Positions 1 through 12,800 of a DNA stretch of 64,000 nt are shown here, piece by piece. Made by a program: the position numbers and the translations under genes. Every line of letters begins with the position of its first letter. The first letter of the stretch is position 1. The notes below the pieces were generated by a model that saw only the letters and a program-made list of their open reading frames with translations, had not been told where the DNA came from and did not search any database. This DNA is from Pecten maximus (lineage: Eukaryota), in NCBI RefSeq assembly GCF_902652985.1, contig NC_047020.1, positions 29,078,001-29,142,000 on the forward strand, in the 5' to 3' direction.

Positions 1-648
1 AGTTTTGTATGATGACCTACCTTTTAGGTTGTTTGATATTCTATGTTGTTAGTTTTGTGTGATGACCTACCTTTTAGGTTGTTTGATATTCTATGTTGTT
101 AGTTTTGTGTGATGACCTACCTTTAGGTTGTTTGATATTCTATGTTGTTAGTTTTGTGTGATGACCTACCTTTTAGGTTGTTTGATATTCTATGTTGTTA
201 GTTTTGTATGATGACCTACCTTTTAGGTTGTGTTTGATATTCTATGTTGTTAGTTTTGTATGATGACCTACCTTTTAGGTTGTGTTTGATATTCTATGTT
301 GTTAGTTTTGTATGATGACCTACCTTTTAGGTTGTTTGATATTCTATGTTGTTAGTTTTGTGTGATGACCTACCTTTTAGGTTGTGTTTGATATTCTATG
401 TCGTTAGTTTTGTGGGATGACCTACCTTTTAGGTTGTTTGATATTCTATGTCGTTAGTTTTGTGTGATGACCTACCTTTTAGGTTGTTTGATATTCTATG
501 TTGTTAGTTTTGTGTGATGACCTACCTTTTAGGTTGTGTTTGATATTCTATGTCGTTAGTTTTGTGTGATGACCTACCTTTTAGATTGTTTGATATTCTA
601 TGTTGTTAGTTTTGTGTGATGACCTACCTTTTAGGTTGTGTTTGATGT
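1..648. repeat. 50/52-bp minisatellite built from the thioesterase exon end plus 5' splice site
   Basis: The motif gacctacctttt (minus strand AAAAG|GTAGGTC) recurs 13 times at 49-52 bp spacing (one copy lacks a T). The last copy is the real donor at 628/627. The array continues off the window. Confidence 0.95.
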
Positions 649-3600
649 CATACTCTCCATCAGTTATGTCTATGGGACAGGTCAGAGGTGGAGGTGCTTC
701 AAGGTCATAGCTACAACAGAATGATGATTAATTTCATTAGACAGAAGTCATTTTTAGTGCTCTATTGATTTAGATATTCTTATTTTTCTTATGGTCACTA
801 GAAAATCTGTGATTAAAATAAATAACCTAATAAATTTGGATGAGTGGCTTGAAAAAAAGAAGGAAAGGGCACTTGAATAACTTAATGTGAAGGTTTGAAA
901 GATTTTATATAAACATACTATCAGGGTAATTGGATACTTTAAATTCAGAGAAAACAAAATTTTAAATATAGAATGATGTAAAACTGATATTTTCTCTACT
1001 TTCCTCTTCTTTCCTCTTAATAATCTGATAAAAAAAGAAAATCTGTATGCGATGGAAAGACCTAAAAAGAACTTTCGATGAAATAGAAATTTAAACCATC
1101 AATATCTGAGATAATCACATGTCCACCATTTTGTTTTCCTGATCAGTCTTAAAATTAAATGGGCACAACTAGAGATCAAGGGGAACCTACATGTAGGATT
1201 TGAGAAATATCCTTCAAGTACTTCTTAAGAAATAGTGATACAAACAAACTTCAAACACCAAAATCTAAGATGGTTGCCTGTTGGGCATCTGATGATGGTG
1301 GGATAAAAAAGTAAGATGTGAAAGGCAAAAAGAGAAACCAAAACAGATGGTTCAAACTTACTCATATTGGTCTATCAGTCCATAGTCTGCCCGCAAGGGA
1401 GGTAGAAACAAAGCCATGAGTTCCTCACTGCTCAGAATTTCATCTGGTGTCCCACCTTTAGGAGGTAAAATGGATTACATCAGGAAGTACCAATATACAA
1501 AGTACCTATGTCAAATATGGTAACAGCATCTCCTAGGGGATATATGATTAAAATAATTTCCTATATCTGTACTTTTGAATTGGAGAGGAGAATGGGGGTC
1601 AATAATCATATACATGTAACTTACAAGTACACTCAATCCATAGACAATTTTCTGAAATTTTAGAACAAATGTAAAATGTTACAATCAGCTCCTTACCAAG
1701 GTGCTATTTCACAGTTTGAAATAGCCTGGAAGATAATAATGTTTGCTCTCAAGCCATTTTATCCCAAGTTTATGTATTCTAGTCTGTAGACAGACAAAGC
1801 CATGGACATGATTTAACACCATATATTATATTCTAACTTACCAAGTTTCTTAAGAAATTTTTTGAACTCTTCATCATTGAGATTTTTCACATACACTTTA
1901 TTCTTCTTTCTTTCCTCTGACTATAAAAAAAGAAAAAGATGTAAAATTTCAGATTTAGTTGGTTATGATTCTTCAGCCTATTTAGATGTAAAATAATACA
2001 AATGGCAGGGTTATTGTAGGTTATGTGCATTAGATATAGATGGCACAATGTCATACCAACATCATAGTAAGTTAGTGTTTGCAATATATATTAGAGAATT
2101 TTACAATTGGTTGTTTTATCTCATGGTTAAAGGTCAAAAGAACTAAGGTCATGAAGACACTCAACACAAGCACAAGGATACAGAAGTTAACATGGGCAGT
2201 GGAAGACAAGAACAGGTTGATATAGAGAGAGGCTGGCACACTTACGTGAGGAGCGGAGACTCCGGACACAAACAAACGCTCTGGTTCAAGATTGTACTCA
2301 CTCTTCAGAGTTCTCGCAACATCAAAACACATCAAGGCTCCTAGACTAAAGCAAAACATTTACTGTAAAAATGGCTGACTTTATCATCACATTTATCTAA
2401 TAAACCATGTCCTGCCATCACATTACTTGCCTTAGCAGGTACCACAGACCAATGTTAATTAAACAATAGGATTCCAGTATCAACTATCACTGTCATGTGA
2501 CATAATCAACACTACCAACTTTGATAGATTATGACATCACTGTCACTATAGACTGACATTACTGTCACTATAGACTGACATCACTATTACTATAGACTGA
2601 CATCACTATTACTATAGACTGACATCACTATTACTATAGACTGACATCACTATTACTATAGACTGACTTCACTATAGACTGACTTCACTATAGACTGACA
2701 TCACTATAGACTGACATCACTATAGACTGACTTCACTATAGACTGACATCACTATTACTATAGACTGACATCACTATTACTATAGACTGACATCACTATC
2801 ACTATAGACTGACATCACTATAGACTGACATCACTATAGACTGACATCACTATCACTATAGACTGACTTCACTATCACTATAGACTGACATCACTATCAC
2901 TATAGACTGACATCACTATAGACTGACATCACTATAGACTGACATCACTATCACTATAGACTGACTTCACTATAGACTGACATCACTATAGACTGACATC
3001 ACTATAGACTGACATCACTATCACTATAGACTGACTTCACTATAGACTGACATCACTATAGACTGACATCACTATAGACTGACATCACTATCACTATAGA
3101 CTGACATCACTATAGACTGACATCACTCACTATAGACTGACATCAATGTCAACATAGACTGACATTACTATCACTATAGACTGACATCACTATCACTATA
3201 CATTGACATCACTATAGACTGACATTACTATAGACTGACATCACTATAGACTGACATCACTATAGACTGACATTACTATAGACTGACATCGCTGTCACTA
3301 TAGACTGACATCACTATAGACTGACATCGCTGTCACTATAGACTTACATCGCTGTCACTATAGACTGACATCACTATAGACTGACATCACTATAGACTGA
3401 CATCGCTGTCACTATAGACTGACATCACTCTCACTATAGACTGACATCACTCTCACTATAGACTGATATTACTATCACTATACATTGACATCACTATCAC
3501 TTTAGACTGACATCACTATAGACTGACATCACTATCACTATAGACTGACATCACTATCACTATAGACTGACATCACTATAGACTGACATCACTATAGACT

Positions 3601-4947
3601 GACATCACTATAGACTGACTTCACTATAGACTGACATCACTATAGACTGACATCACTATCACTATAGACTGACATCACTATAGACTGACTTCACTATAGA
3701 CTGACATCACTATCACTATAGACTGACATCACTATAGACTGACATCACTATAGACTGACATCACTATAGACTGACATTACTATAGACTGACATCACTATC
3801 ACTATAGACTGACATCACTATAGACTGACATCACTATAGACTGACATCAATATCACTATAGACTAATATCACTATCACTATAGACTGATATCGTTATCAC
3901 TATAAACTGACATCACTATCACTATTGACAACAACAGTTTATATCTATAGAAATCTCATTGTGTTTTAATGCACAAAGTTTCAAACCATTTTACATACCT
4001 GTGACCCCAGAAAGCAAATGGCCGCTCTCGACACTTTGGTAAAAGAGCTTCAATGATTTCCTTCTGCATGGTTTCCAGGGAATGACAGCAGGCATCCTTA
4101 AATCGACCCTCTCGTCCTGGGAATGTTATTCCTGTCACTGAATCAGATACAACACTATAGCAATACATAGTTTATTTAAAAAACATTTTTGGTTTTTATT
4201 GGTTTACTTTGTTTAACATCCTAATAGCCAGGGTCATTTAAGGACGTGCCTGGTTTTAGAGGCGGAGGAAAGCCGGAGTATCCAGAGGTAAACCATTAGC
4301 CTACGGTAAGTACCAGGCAACTGCCCCACGTAGGTTTCGAACTCGCATCCCAGAGTTGGAGCGCTAAGTGATTAAGTGTCGGGAAAACTTTTTTTTTTTT
4401 GCTAGAGTTATTCTAAAAAAAAAAAAAACACACATTTTTTCAGAAAACAAACTATTATAGTCTTTTGGTTTCATCTGATATATGGTTTGAATCAACCTCA
4501 TCAAAAGGTTTTATTATTTAAGGGTATTGTACATGTACATGTATACCTCAGTAGATATTTATAGACAATATTTATGTCTCGTCTCCTTTTGTACACAGGT
4601 TTTATCTAATATCAATATGACTCATATCTAATATCTATGCATGACTCCATTCATTATTCATGACAAGGTTTTAAAATCTTTTGAAATAGACTATGAATCA
4701 ATTAACATCAATTTTCTGATTTTGACACAGGGGAGTTTCACCTATGAGTTATAAAACTCTATTTCATCTAATACAGTTATTACTCTTGAAATTGAATTTA
4801 TTTTAACTATTCACCTTCAATAGACTCTGGAACCATGTTTCCCCAGTTTGCGTAGAAGTTGGATCCTCCTCCAGCCCAAGGAAAACAGAACAGCTGACAA
4901 GAGGCTGTTGGTCTGCGAAATCTGCAGTTCAATACCTTGTTTGCCAT
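628..4947 (-). CDS. Type II thioesterase (S-acyl fatty acid synthase thioesterase, medium chain / OLAH-GrsT-like), 3'-partial
   Basis: Coding exons (minus): 4947-4815, 4137-3999, 2345-2246, 1920-1842, 1455-1362, 710-628. All introns are GT-AG with matching phases. Translation MANKVLNCRFRRPTASCQLFCFPWAGGGSNFY...FPGREGR...PFAFWGHSLGALM...LFVSGVSAPH...GGTPDEIL...FLPPLRADY...LTCPI carries the TEII motifs LFCFPxAGG, PGRxxR, GHSLG (nucleophile) and LRAD. The exon with the catalytic His must lie left of the window. Confidence 0.92.
2533..3925. repeat. 16-bp minisatellite (cactatagactgacat) with 22-bp variants
   Basis: Directly visible tandem array in a thioesterase intron. Variants carry an extra cactat/tactat. 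Confidence 0.95.
4205..4385 (-). mobile_element. tRNA-derived SINE remnant (V/Meta-domain type)
   Basis: The minus strand reads B-box-like GAGTTCGAAAC followed by ...TACTCCGGCTTTCCTCC..., similar to the conserved central domain of metazoan SINEs. It ends in an A-rich tail. Confidence 0.55.
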
Positions 4948-5056
4948 TTTTGATAAAGAATGAAATACCTGAAATACAAGGAATGACTTTAATATATTGC
5001 TAACCCATTAGTGGTACAGTAACCATGCTCAGCAATTAGGTATCATACAACAAAAT

Positions 5057-5725
5057 TATGACACAGTAGGTCATAAAGCATTAGGTGTGAATTATGACAG
5101 TAGGTCATGTGATATCAGGTAGCAGTTGTGACACAGGTCATATGACATCAGGTGTGAGTTGTGACACAGGTCATGTGACATCAGGTAACAGTTGTAATAC
5201 AGTAGGTCATATGACATCAGGTGTGAGTTGTGACACAGGTCATGTGACGTCAGGTATCAGTTGTAACACAGGTCATATGACCTCAGGTATTAGTTGTGAC
5301 ACACTAGGTCATATGACATCACGTGTGAACTATGACAGTAGGTCATGTGACATCAGGTTTGAATAGTGACACAGTAGGTCATGTGACATTAGGTGTGAGT
5401 TGTGACACAGTAGGTCATGTGATATCAGGTGTGAGTTGTGACACAAAAGGTATTGTGACATCAGGTAAGCGAGTTTAAACACAGGTCATGTGACATCAGG
5501 TAACAGTTGTGATACAGTAGGTCATGTGACATCAGGTATCAGTTGTGACACAGTAGGTCATGTGACATCAGCTATCAGTTGTAACACAGAAGGTCAAATG
5601 ACATTTCAAAGTGTGAGTTGTGACACAGTAAGTGATACGATATCAAGAATGAGTTGTGATTCAGTCATTCACACAACACATTAGTTGTGACACAGAAAGT
5701 CATACAACAGGTATCAGTTGTGACA
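5057..5725. repeat. ~30-33-bp degenerate minisatellite
   Basis: Repeats of gtgacacagtaggtcatgtgacatcaggt...agtt. This array explains ORFs 5094..5366 and 5490..5684. Confidence 0.9.
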
Positions 5726-6515
5726 TGGAACATCACATTACAACACAATACATCAGACACAAGACAGAGTATATAAATATGTGTTTTTGAAGTAAATATT
5801 TGTAAATGATTGTTGTAAATGAATCTTAATATATTTTAGCTTATTTTGTGAAACTTATTTTCCCTATTGCTAAAAAAGGAAAGGAAACAAAGGCCAAACT
5901 GGGAGTTTTTAACCTGGACCTACATGTACAGTACATGTACCAACCAACCAAATTACCCGAGGCTAATCACTAATGGGCGACATGATCCGCCCTGCCACAT
6001 CACTTATACAATGTATTTGCAAAGCAGATGAAAAGGTATGTTAATGATAAAGGAAGAGAAATTATGATATAAAACAAAACAACACAAAAACAAGGACGTT
6101 TTATACATACATACATCTATATATATACATAGGCCTACATATAGGTCATTTTATTAACAAGGTTCATGGAAAGTATGGCACTAGCGTCACACTTAATTTC
6201 ACCCCTGTAGTTTGTATGGTAAGTATAGACACAAGCCAAAATAGAGCACAGAAACTCATTATCTGCTGTTTTCAGTTATATTGACACATTCAGAATAAAA
6301 TAAAAATTATAAAATAATAAAGTACAGAATTTGAAATTGTATTTGATTTCAACATATTGCTATCGTTGTTCAGACAAAGAATAAGATGACGTTCACGGGA
6401 ATAAAGTTATTAATTAAGGTAATTATACAACAGATATATGTTATGGATATATATTACAAACCGAAAATAGAACTTCCTCATACAGTTTCTCTTTATATAA
6501 GAAAAAAAACTTTAC

Positions 6516-6600
6516 CTGACAATACGTTTGTCCAGTCCAGTTGTTTTCCGCGTCAGTGAGTGAGCTTAAACCTACTGGGCCATCGTATGCACAAGTCTAT
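6516..6600 (-). other. Probable non-coding first exon of the thioesterase gene
   Basis: Minus-strand donor CAG|GTAAAG at 6516/6515 sits at the edge of a CpG-richer patch. The coding exon at 4968 begins at an acceptor (tttcag), so an upstream UTR exon is expected. The 5' boundary is approximate. Confidence 0.55.
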
Positions 6601-6886
6601 TGTATGCTAGACAGTTTTGACAGATTCGTGTCAAGTGACGGTTATGATTGATTTGTTGCAGAGAACCACGTTTCAGAAAGGGTGATCTCCCTTGAATCTA
6701 TTTTGGGTTTGACGTAACAGGAAATCCCAAAAAATGTCTACTCGGAACTGTCACGGTTTTTTCTTCGAAATGCTACAGTAGTATACGAGAACATCGAATG
6801 AAGATCACGTGTGTCCGGCTTGGTGGAGCGGACACTAAAACAAATTCTTATTCTGTTATCTTGATGTTTACAACAAATATGTAGCC
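6520..6886. promoter_or_regulatory. Bidirectional promoter region between the thioesterase gene and DELE1
   Basis: Divergent first exons lie under 400 bp apart in locally CpG-enriched sequence. A CRE-like TGACGTAA occurs at 6710-6717 and an E-box CACGTG at 6806-6811. Confidence 0.55.
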
Positions 6887-9800
6887 ATGTGGAGGTGGCT
6901 CAGTGGAATTCCCAGAGGTAAGCAACTGTTGTTTTGTGACTTTCCAATGAAAATCGATTACATTGTTTATTACATTTATTTCTTTAGTTTGGTGTTGAAG
7001 TAGGATTGTCACGCTCCAGTAAAAACAATAACAAAACTCCAAGGTGACCTGATAATCTAGATCTCCCTGATAAATACTTCCTCGTCCTCAGAAGCACCCG
7101 TATAACGCTTTCTTCATCAATTTTCTCATTAAACAGCCTTATTTCGGTATTAAAATCAGTGTAAATTTTTCAATGGGTACTAGAAAAATGTTCACTCGAC
7201 GGCAGTAGGCATGCATGTGGTGCATACTGTATTTTCTTCCTCAATTCAAACGTTTGTAAACGCCTGCTATTGTTTTGCTGTAAAATATTACAATTTAAAT
7301 GAAAGTTATTTATTTAATGATACATGTGTTCGTGGAATATTCCACCAATTAATATGTTATCAGCAGATCACAGATTTGTGTCACCTGAAAAGAATTGGGT
7401 ATTGGCAAATAACCAAGTTTTTGTGTATATCATAGTAATAAGTAAGTGTACAATGCCTCTTACACAGTGATAGAAAACTAGTCATAATATAGGACGTCTG
7501 CTGTGGCAGAGGGTGCAAGTATACCAAAAACAATCAGTAAACAATATATGTTAAAGACTAATCGAATCTAACATTGGTCTGTGGACAATGATATCTCAAC
7601 CCAAGTGTAAGAGTTTGGCCTGTCAACCCTAAGATTGCCGGTGCTGGCTAGCCAAATTCTTACACTCAAATTGAGTTATCCTAGCATGTCTGCGGAACAG
7701 ACCCATGTTTGATTTTTTTTTCTCACATACTTGTAAGCAAATATAAGTTTTAATGAATGTTTTCATTGCGTTATATTTATCTGCAATGCTCCTTGGAATG
7801 TGCGTCAGAACTGATTTTGCCATCATTTACGACATGGTTAATCAACCCAGGGACATATATGATATATGTCTAGCATCATATAGCGAGTGCCTGCTTTGCC
7901 TAATCAATCAATTTTTAAAATGATCAACTTAAAGTGGTTCACATATAGACACTCTACAAAATACTGAACTCTTACACGTACAAAGGGAGGGGCCCCCAGG
8001 GCTTATTCAAGGATAAATTCAGCAAGTATAATTTTAATCTAAATTGAGAGGGAATTGTAAATATATATATATATATATGTAAAAATAAATTATTAATCCA
8101 TTATCCCCACTGGGACCTACATACTTCAAGAAAAAAATTTGTCTGGACTAAATTTCCAACACTCTCATGGAGAGGCAATGTGTCTTGTTTCAAAATTTGG
8201 TCACTTTGACCTACATTTTGACCTTTGAACTACATCAAAGAAACAAGTATTTGGACCTTATCTCCTGCACTATATATATATATATATAGCTATACTTGTC
8301 ACTGGAACTTCTTACTCTGGGTTTAGGTTGACTTGGTACTTCTAATAGTTGCTGGAACCCAAGACTTGGGTAAGGGGCTCATCTAGTAAAAAGTTATGGC
8401 AATGTGTCATGTTTCAAAACTAGGTCACTACAAAAAAGAAAAAAATTTGACTGTCATTTTGACCTTTCAAAGAAAACTTTGTTCTGGCCTTATTTCCTTG
8501 TCACAGCTTGTAATTACTGAAACTCCTAACTTGAGGCATGAGTTCTCAAATTCATCTAATCTGAGGGATGGGTTAATCTTACTTAGGGTATGGGTTCAAT
8601 TGCATTAACTCCGGAGGAATGCAATTTGTCTAATGGTCTTATAATTTGAATGGTTGAAATTTCCTTCTCGATCATCAGTTTTGTCTATCCAATTGATCAG
8701 TTTTTAATCATCTTTCTCTGGTATTTAATTTAAACATTTTTTACATTCCTTCATAGTGCTTATTGTACCATTCCAGTCATGTAGATGCTTGTATATATTT
8801 ATGATATAGGTATCAACCACATTCAAGCAATGGAATGTGATAAGTTTTTCTCAAATAATATACCTATCCGCTATAACATTCTTTTGTTTATCATGTCAGG
8901 TATTTCTTAAAAAAAACTCTATTACAGATTTCTTTATTGATTAATCTGTCAAACAACCCAAAAAAGTGATACTCAATGATCTAGATTAATTAATCAAAAA
9001 ACCTCTAAGACAATAGTACAATGTATTCTTATTCTGGTTTCTGTTTATAACAATAAGTACATACGCCAAAAAAGTAAAAGAAAAAAATGCCAAAAAAGTA
9101 TAAGAAAAAATGCATACATGTGCTTGGTGCATAATTTAACTCTATAGCAATGGGAGTGATATGTTATTATGTAAGACTACAGGATTATGTGGAGTGCCAT
9201 CCTAATTTTTATGTACACATGTTTGACATTTGTATCACATTTACATACCTATGTTTATATTGTCAATTGGTAATTTTGACCCGACCTTTCTCCTTCAGCC
9301 ATCCGTCATCACATCCATGGTCCCAGAGCCTCAGCTTCTGGTGTTTGTAAGGAAGACGAATTAGATGAAGCAAAGAAATGTGCAGAAAGCTGTCACCAGC
9401 ACTTCAGAGCCCAGTATAGGTACTTAATATATCTCCCAAGGAATTCTCCAGGAAGAAGTTATTCTCCTGAAGAGCCATGAGACATCAAAAAACCTTAAAT
9501 TGAGAATCTGCATCTTTAATATAAAAATAATATCATCTATGAATTGTGATATAAGTTTTGTATACAATTTCCAAGGAATATTTCTACTGAAACACACTGT
9601 TAATTTCTGTTTTTGCAATAGCAGATGATAAATACTATGTACAAATGTAATTTGTTTTAGTATTATCAGTGCATACTGACTAATTAAGGGTTTTGTAATC
9701 ATGTTCTGTTGTACGTCTGTACACCACTTGAACTTCCGTCACAATAAATACCTAATGGTGTGATACCATGAAAAATACTGAATTAAAAGCGGTTTCTCTT

Positions 9801-12800
9801 TCTGTAGCAGGTCGTTTTGATAGCTATCCGTTAAATACATTTTTGTGTTGGTGTTACTGGCATTAGCTACCTATATAGCTAGACAGCTAGTATATGATAG
9901 AATTAGTGCATCATAACATCCATGTCTAATAACAAGTATATGGGTTGTACCCTGCTTTTACTAAAGAAACCTACCTATGATGATATTACAGACTAGGGGC
10001 TGGAAATGACTATCAGCAGAGTTCCCATGATGACAACCAATGGGAACAGGAGGCGGGGCCTGACAAGGAGAAAGGCTACCGACACACCCCTAACTTCTGG
10101 AGTCTGTTCTGTGGACCAGGCTCATGTGAGGCCTTAGGATGGGTGAGTGTAATCAAAAGTGTCTGATTGATCAGTCAAATCAGTTTGTTTTGAAATTTCT
10201 TGAAACAAGAGTTTTGAATAATGAAAGTTTGCAAAGGGAGGTAATCATGCATATTCCCTGTATTAAGTCTGAATTTGGTATTTATCCATTAGGTGTATAA
10301 TCCATGTCCCTTTCTTTGATAAAGAACATATTATTGTATTTTGAAATATTTTGATGTTTCCTGGGTTATCTTTTATTACATGTACTAATAAGCATTGTAT
10401 CTGTTGGGTGTTACCGTGATAGTCTTGTTTTGGTGTAACCATAGTGTTGGTTGATGTTTCTAGGGCACAGCTGTGGTGGTAGGCCTGCATATCACCAAAT
10501 ATCACCTGCTGATAGACAGATGGGAGAAGTTCAAAGACAAAGATAAGGGTTCACAATGCTTGTTCAACAAGATAAAAAGTGTTTTGGCCGAACCCTGTCT
10601 GCTGAAGAGATCTGTCCTTGAAATAAATGATTCTACTCCCTCAGATGAAAAACGTACCACTCAAGTGCCAGACCAATACGAAAAACAGTGGCGATTGTCA
10701 TTTACCTTTTCACAAGATGTCAAGGTATGGAATGTTTGTAACAGAAAATGAACTTACCTGTAACTTATATAAACCTGCTGAAGTTTATAGTTCAATATTC
10801 CGTTCAAATTACGATTGATCTTTTGTGTGAAATTTATTTCCATATCAACATTCTTTTCCATCTAATATAAAAGATACCACCTTTTCACAATTTCTATCCT
10901 GATAGTTATGTTCCTAAGTAATACCAGATACAGTGTGTCCATGATATTTGCCCATTTGTTACTCTACAGTATCATGTATACAGTTCATGTTGTTTTCTTA
11001 TGAAGGATGATGGTGATAAGGCAGATGCTGAAGCTGTAGGGAAGAAAGACGAGGAGGCCTTAAAGTCTAATCTGGATCCTTTGGAAACTGTAATGAAGGA
11101 GTTTGAAACAGTGTGTCGTAGATATGCTGCTGTTGGACAGAACATTGCTGGGCTTAAGAAGGCTGTGGCAGGTCAGCTGACTGAGGCAGCCAATCACTGG
11201 TCAGAAGCTAGCAGCTCGGCTTATGGCAAGGCAAGCTTCAATCTCGGGCTCTGCTATGAGACAGGACGTGGAGTGAAGATGAATATAAAGCAGGTGAAGG
11301 TTTCAGCTATACATCATCTGTTCTCATTCAGTTTTGAAGATAAAAGTTGATCACACGTCATATTAAATATATTTGCTTAGCAGGGCTCGAACTTAAAGGT
11401 AGCCCGATAGTCTGAGACTAGTAGATTTTCTACCCGGGCTAGTGGTTTGAAATTCTGGTAGCCCGACTGACTAGTGGAAATCTTGTATAACTTTATTTGA
11501 TCAAAATGTCGGGCTAGTAAAAATCACAGTGTCACATGCCCGACAATATTTCAATGAACAACTCACATACCTTTGTGTATTATTTATTCGTATGTTCGCT
11601 GAAAAACGATCCTCGGACCTCCACTTTCCGTTTTCACTCGACATGTTTGTCGTGTGTATACATTAGTAAGCGTCCAAGAGTTCCGAAAGCATTACGATCA
11701 TAATGAAGTCCGAGGATTCCGATGTTGAGCACATGGTAAGCCTTGGTCATGTTCGCGTTTGTATCAAATGAATTATTAACGGCTCATTCAGGTTCGTTTT
11801 TGACAGCTCGTTTTTTGACACATGGTAAAAGCGTTCGTAGTAACTGAATATGGACCGCTACATTCAACGTCTTAGGAAACGGAAAGTGGGTGATCGTAAT
11901 TCTGATGATAATGAGGATGAAAGCAATACAAAAGAGAAAAAGATCACAAACGTGAACGGAAGTTCAAAGAACAGTGGCAACAAGAATGTCCGTGGGTCGA
12001 AATAGACACCACAGGACAGTCCATGGTATGCAAGGCCTATCCAGGGATAAGTGATCGTAAGGGTGCCTTTGTTAAGGGTTGTTTTAATATGAGAAAAGTA
12101 AGGGTTGTTTTAATATGAGAAAAGACACACTAACTGTTCATGCATTGACAGTTCAATGTCTGACAAACGTGGTCAAAAGTTAAATCCTACTGTACAAAAG
12201 AGAGTCAATGCATTATTTGAGTGTGTTCTATGTTGCAAAGCATGGTCGACCATATTCTGCCGTTTCTCCAAATTCCAAAACTCATTTATTTATTTTATTA
12301 ATTTAAGTTATGATGTTATTAATATTACAGTTTATATCCTGATTATTATCACAACAGATTAGTATACTATTTACTGCTGATCTGTTAGTAACTTACACAT
12401 GAGGACACATACATGTACAATATCATGAGAAACATTATAATAAATATTTCACAACTTTACATAGATATTCATTGTTATATTTCCAATATTTTTTCGGGCT
12501 AGCAACTTTCAATTTTACTAGCCCGATTGGGCTAGTGAAATTTACATTTGGACTAGTAAAATTTTGAATGGCTAGCCCGACTGACTAGTGGTTTTGAAAA
12601 TAAAGTTCTAGCCCTGCTTAGTTTAAATATGCCTTGATACGTTTTGCTTAATCATGTCTTAATGGAAATTAGAGTGAATTAGAGTGAATGTTGATAACCT
12701 ATTGTTATTGATAACATCAAATTTCACGGAGTAATTTCACTCCACACAAAGTTTAAGGATAATCAGAAATGTATCTAGTGTGTAAATTCCACATTGGTTT

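Noticed and set aside
2533-3925. CRISPR-like array (also considered for 1-648, 31786-33758 and 60563-61328)
   Set aside because: The units are head-to-tail with no unique spacers, there are no cas genes, and the context is eukaryotic intron or intergenic DNA.
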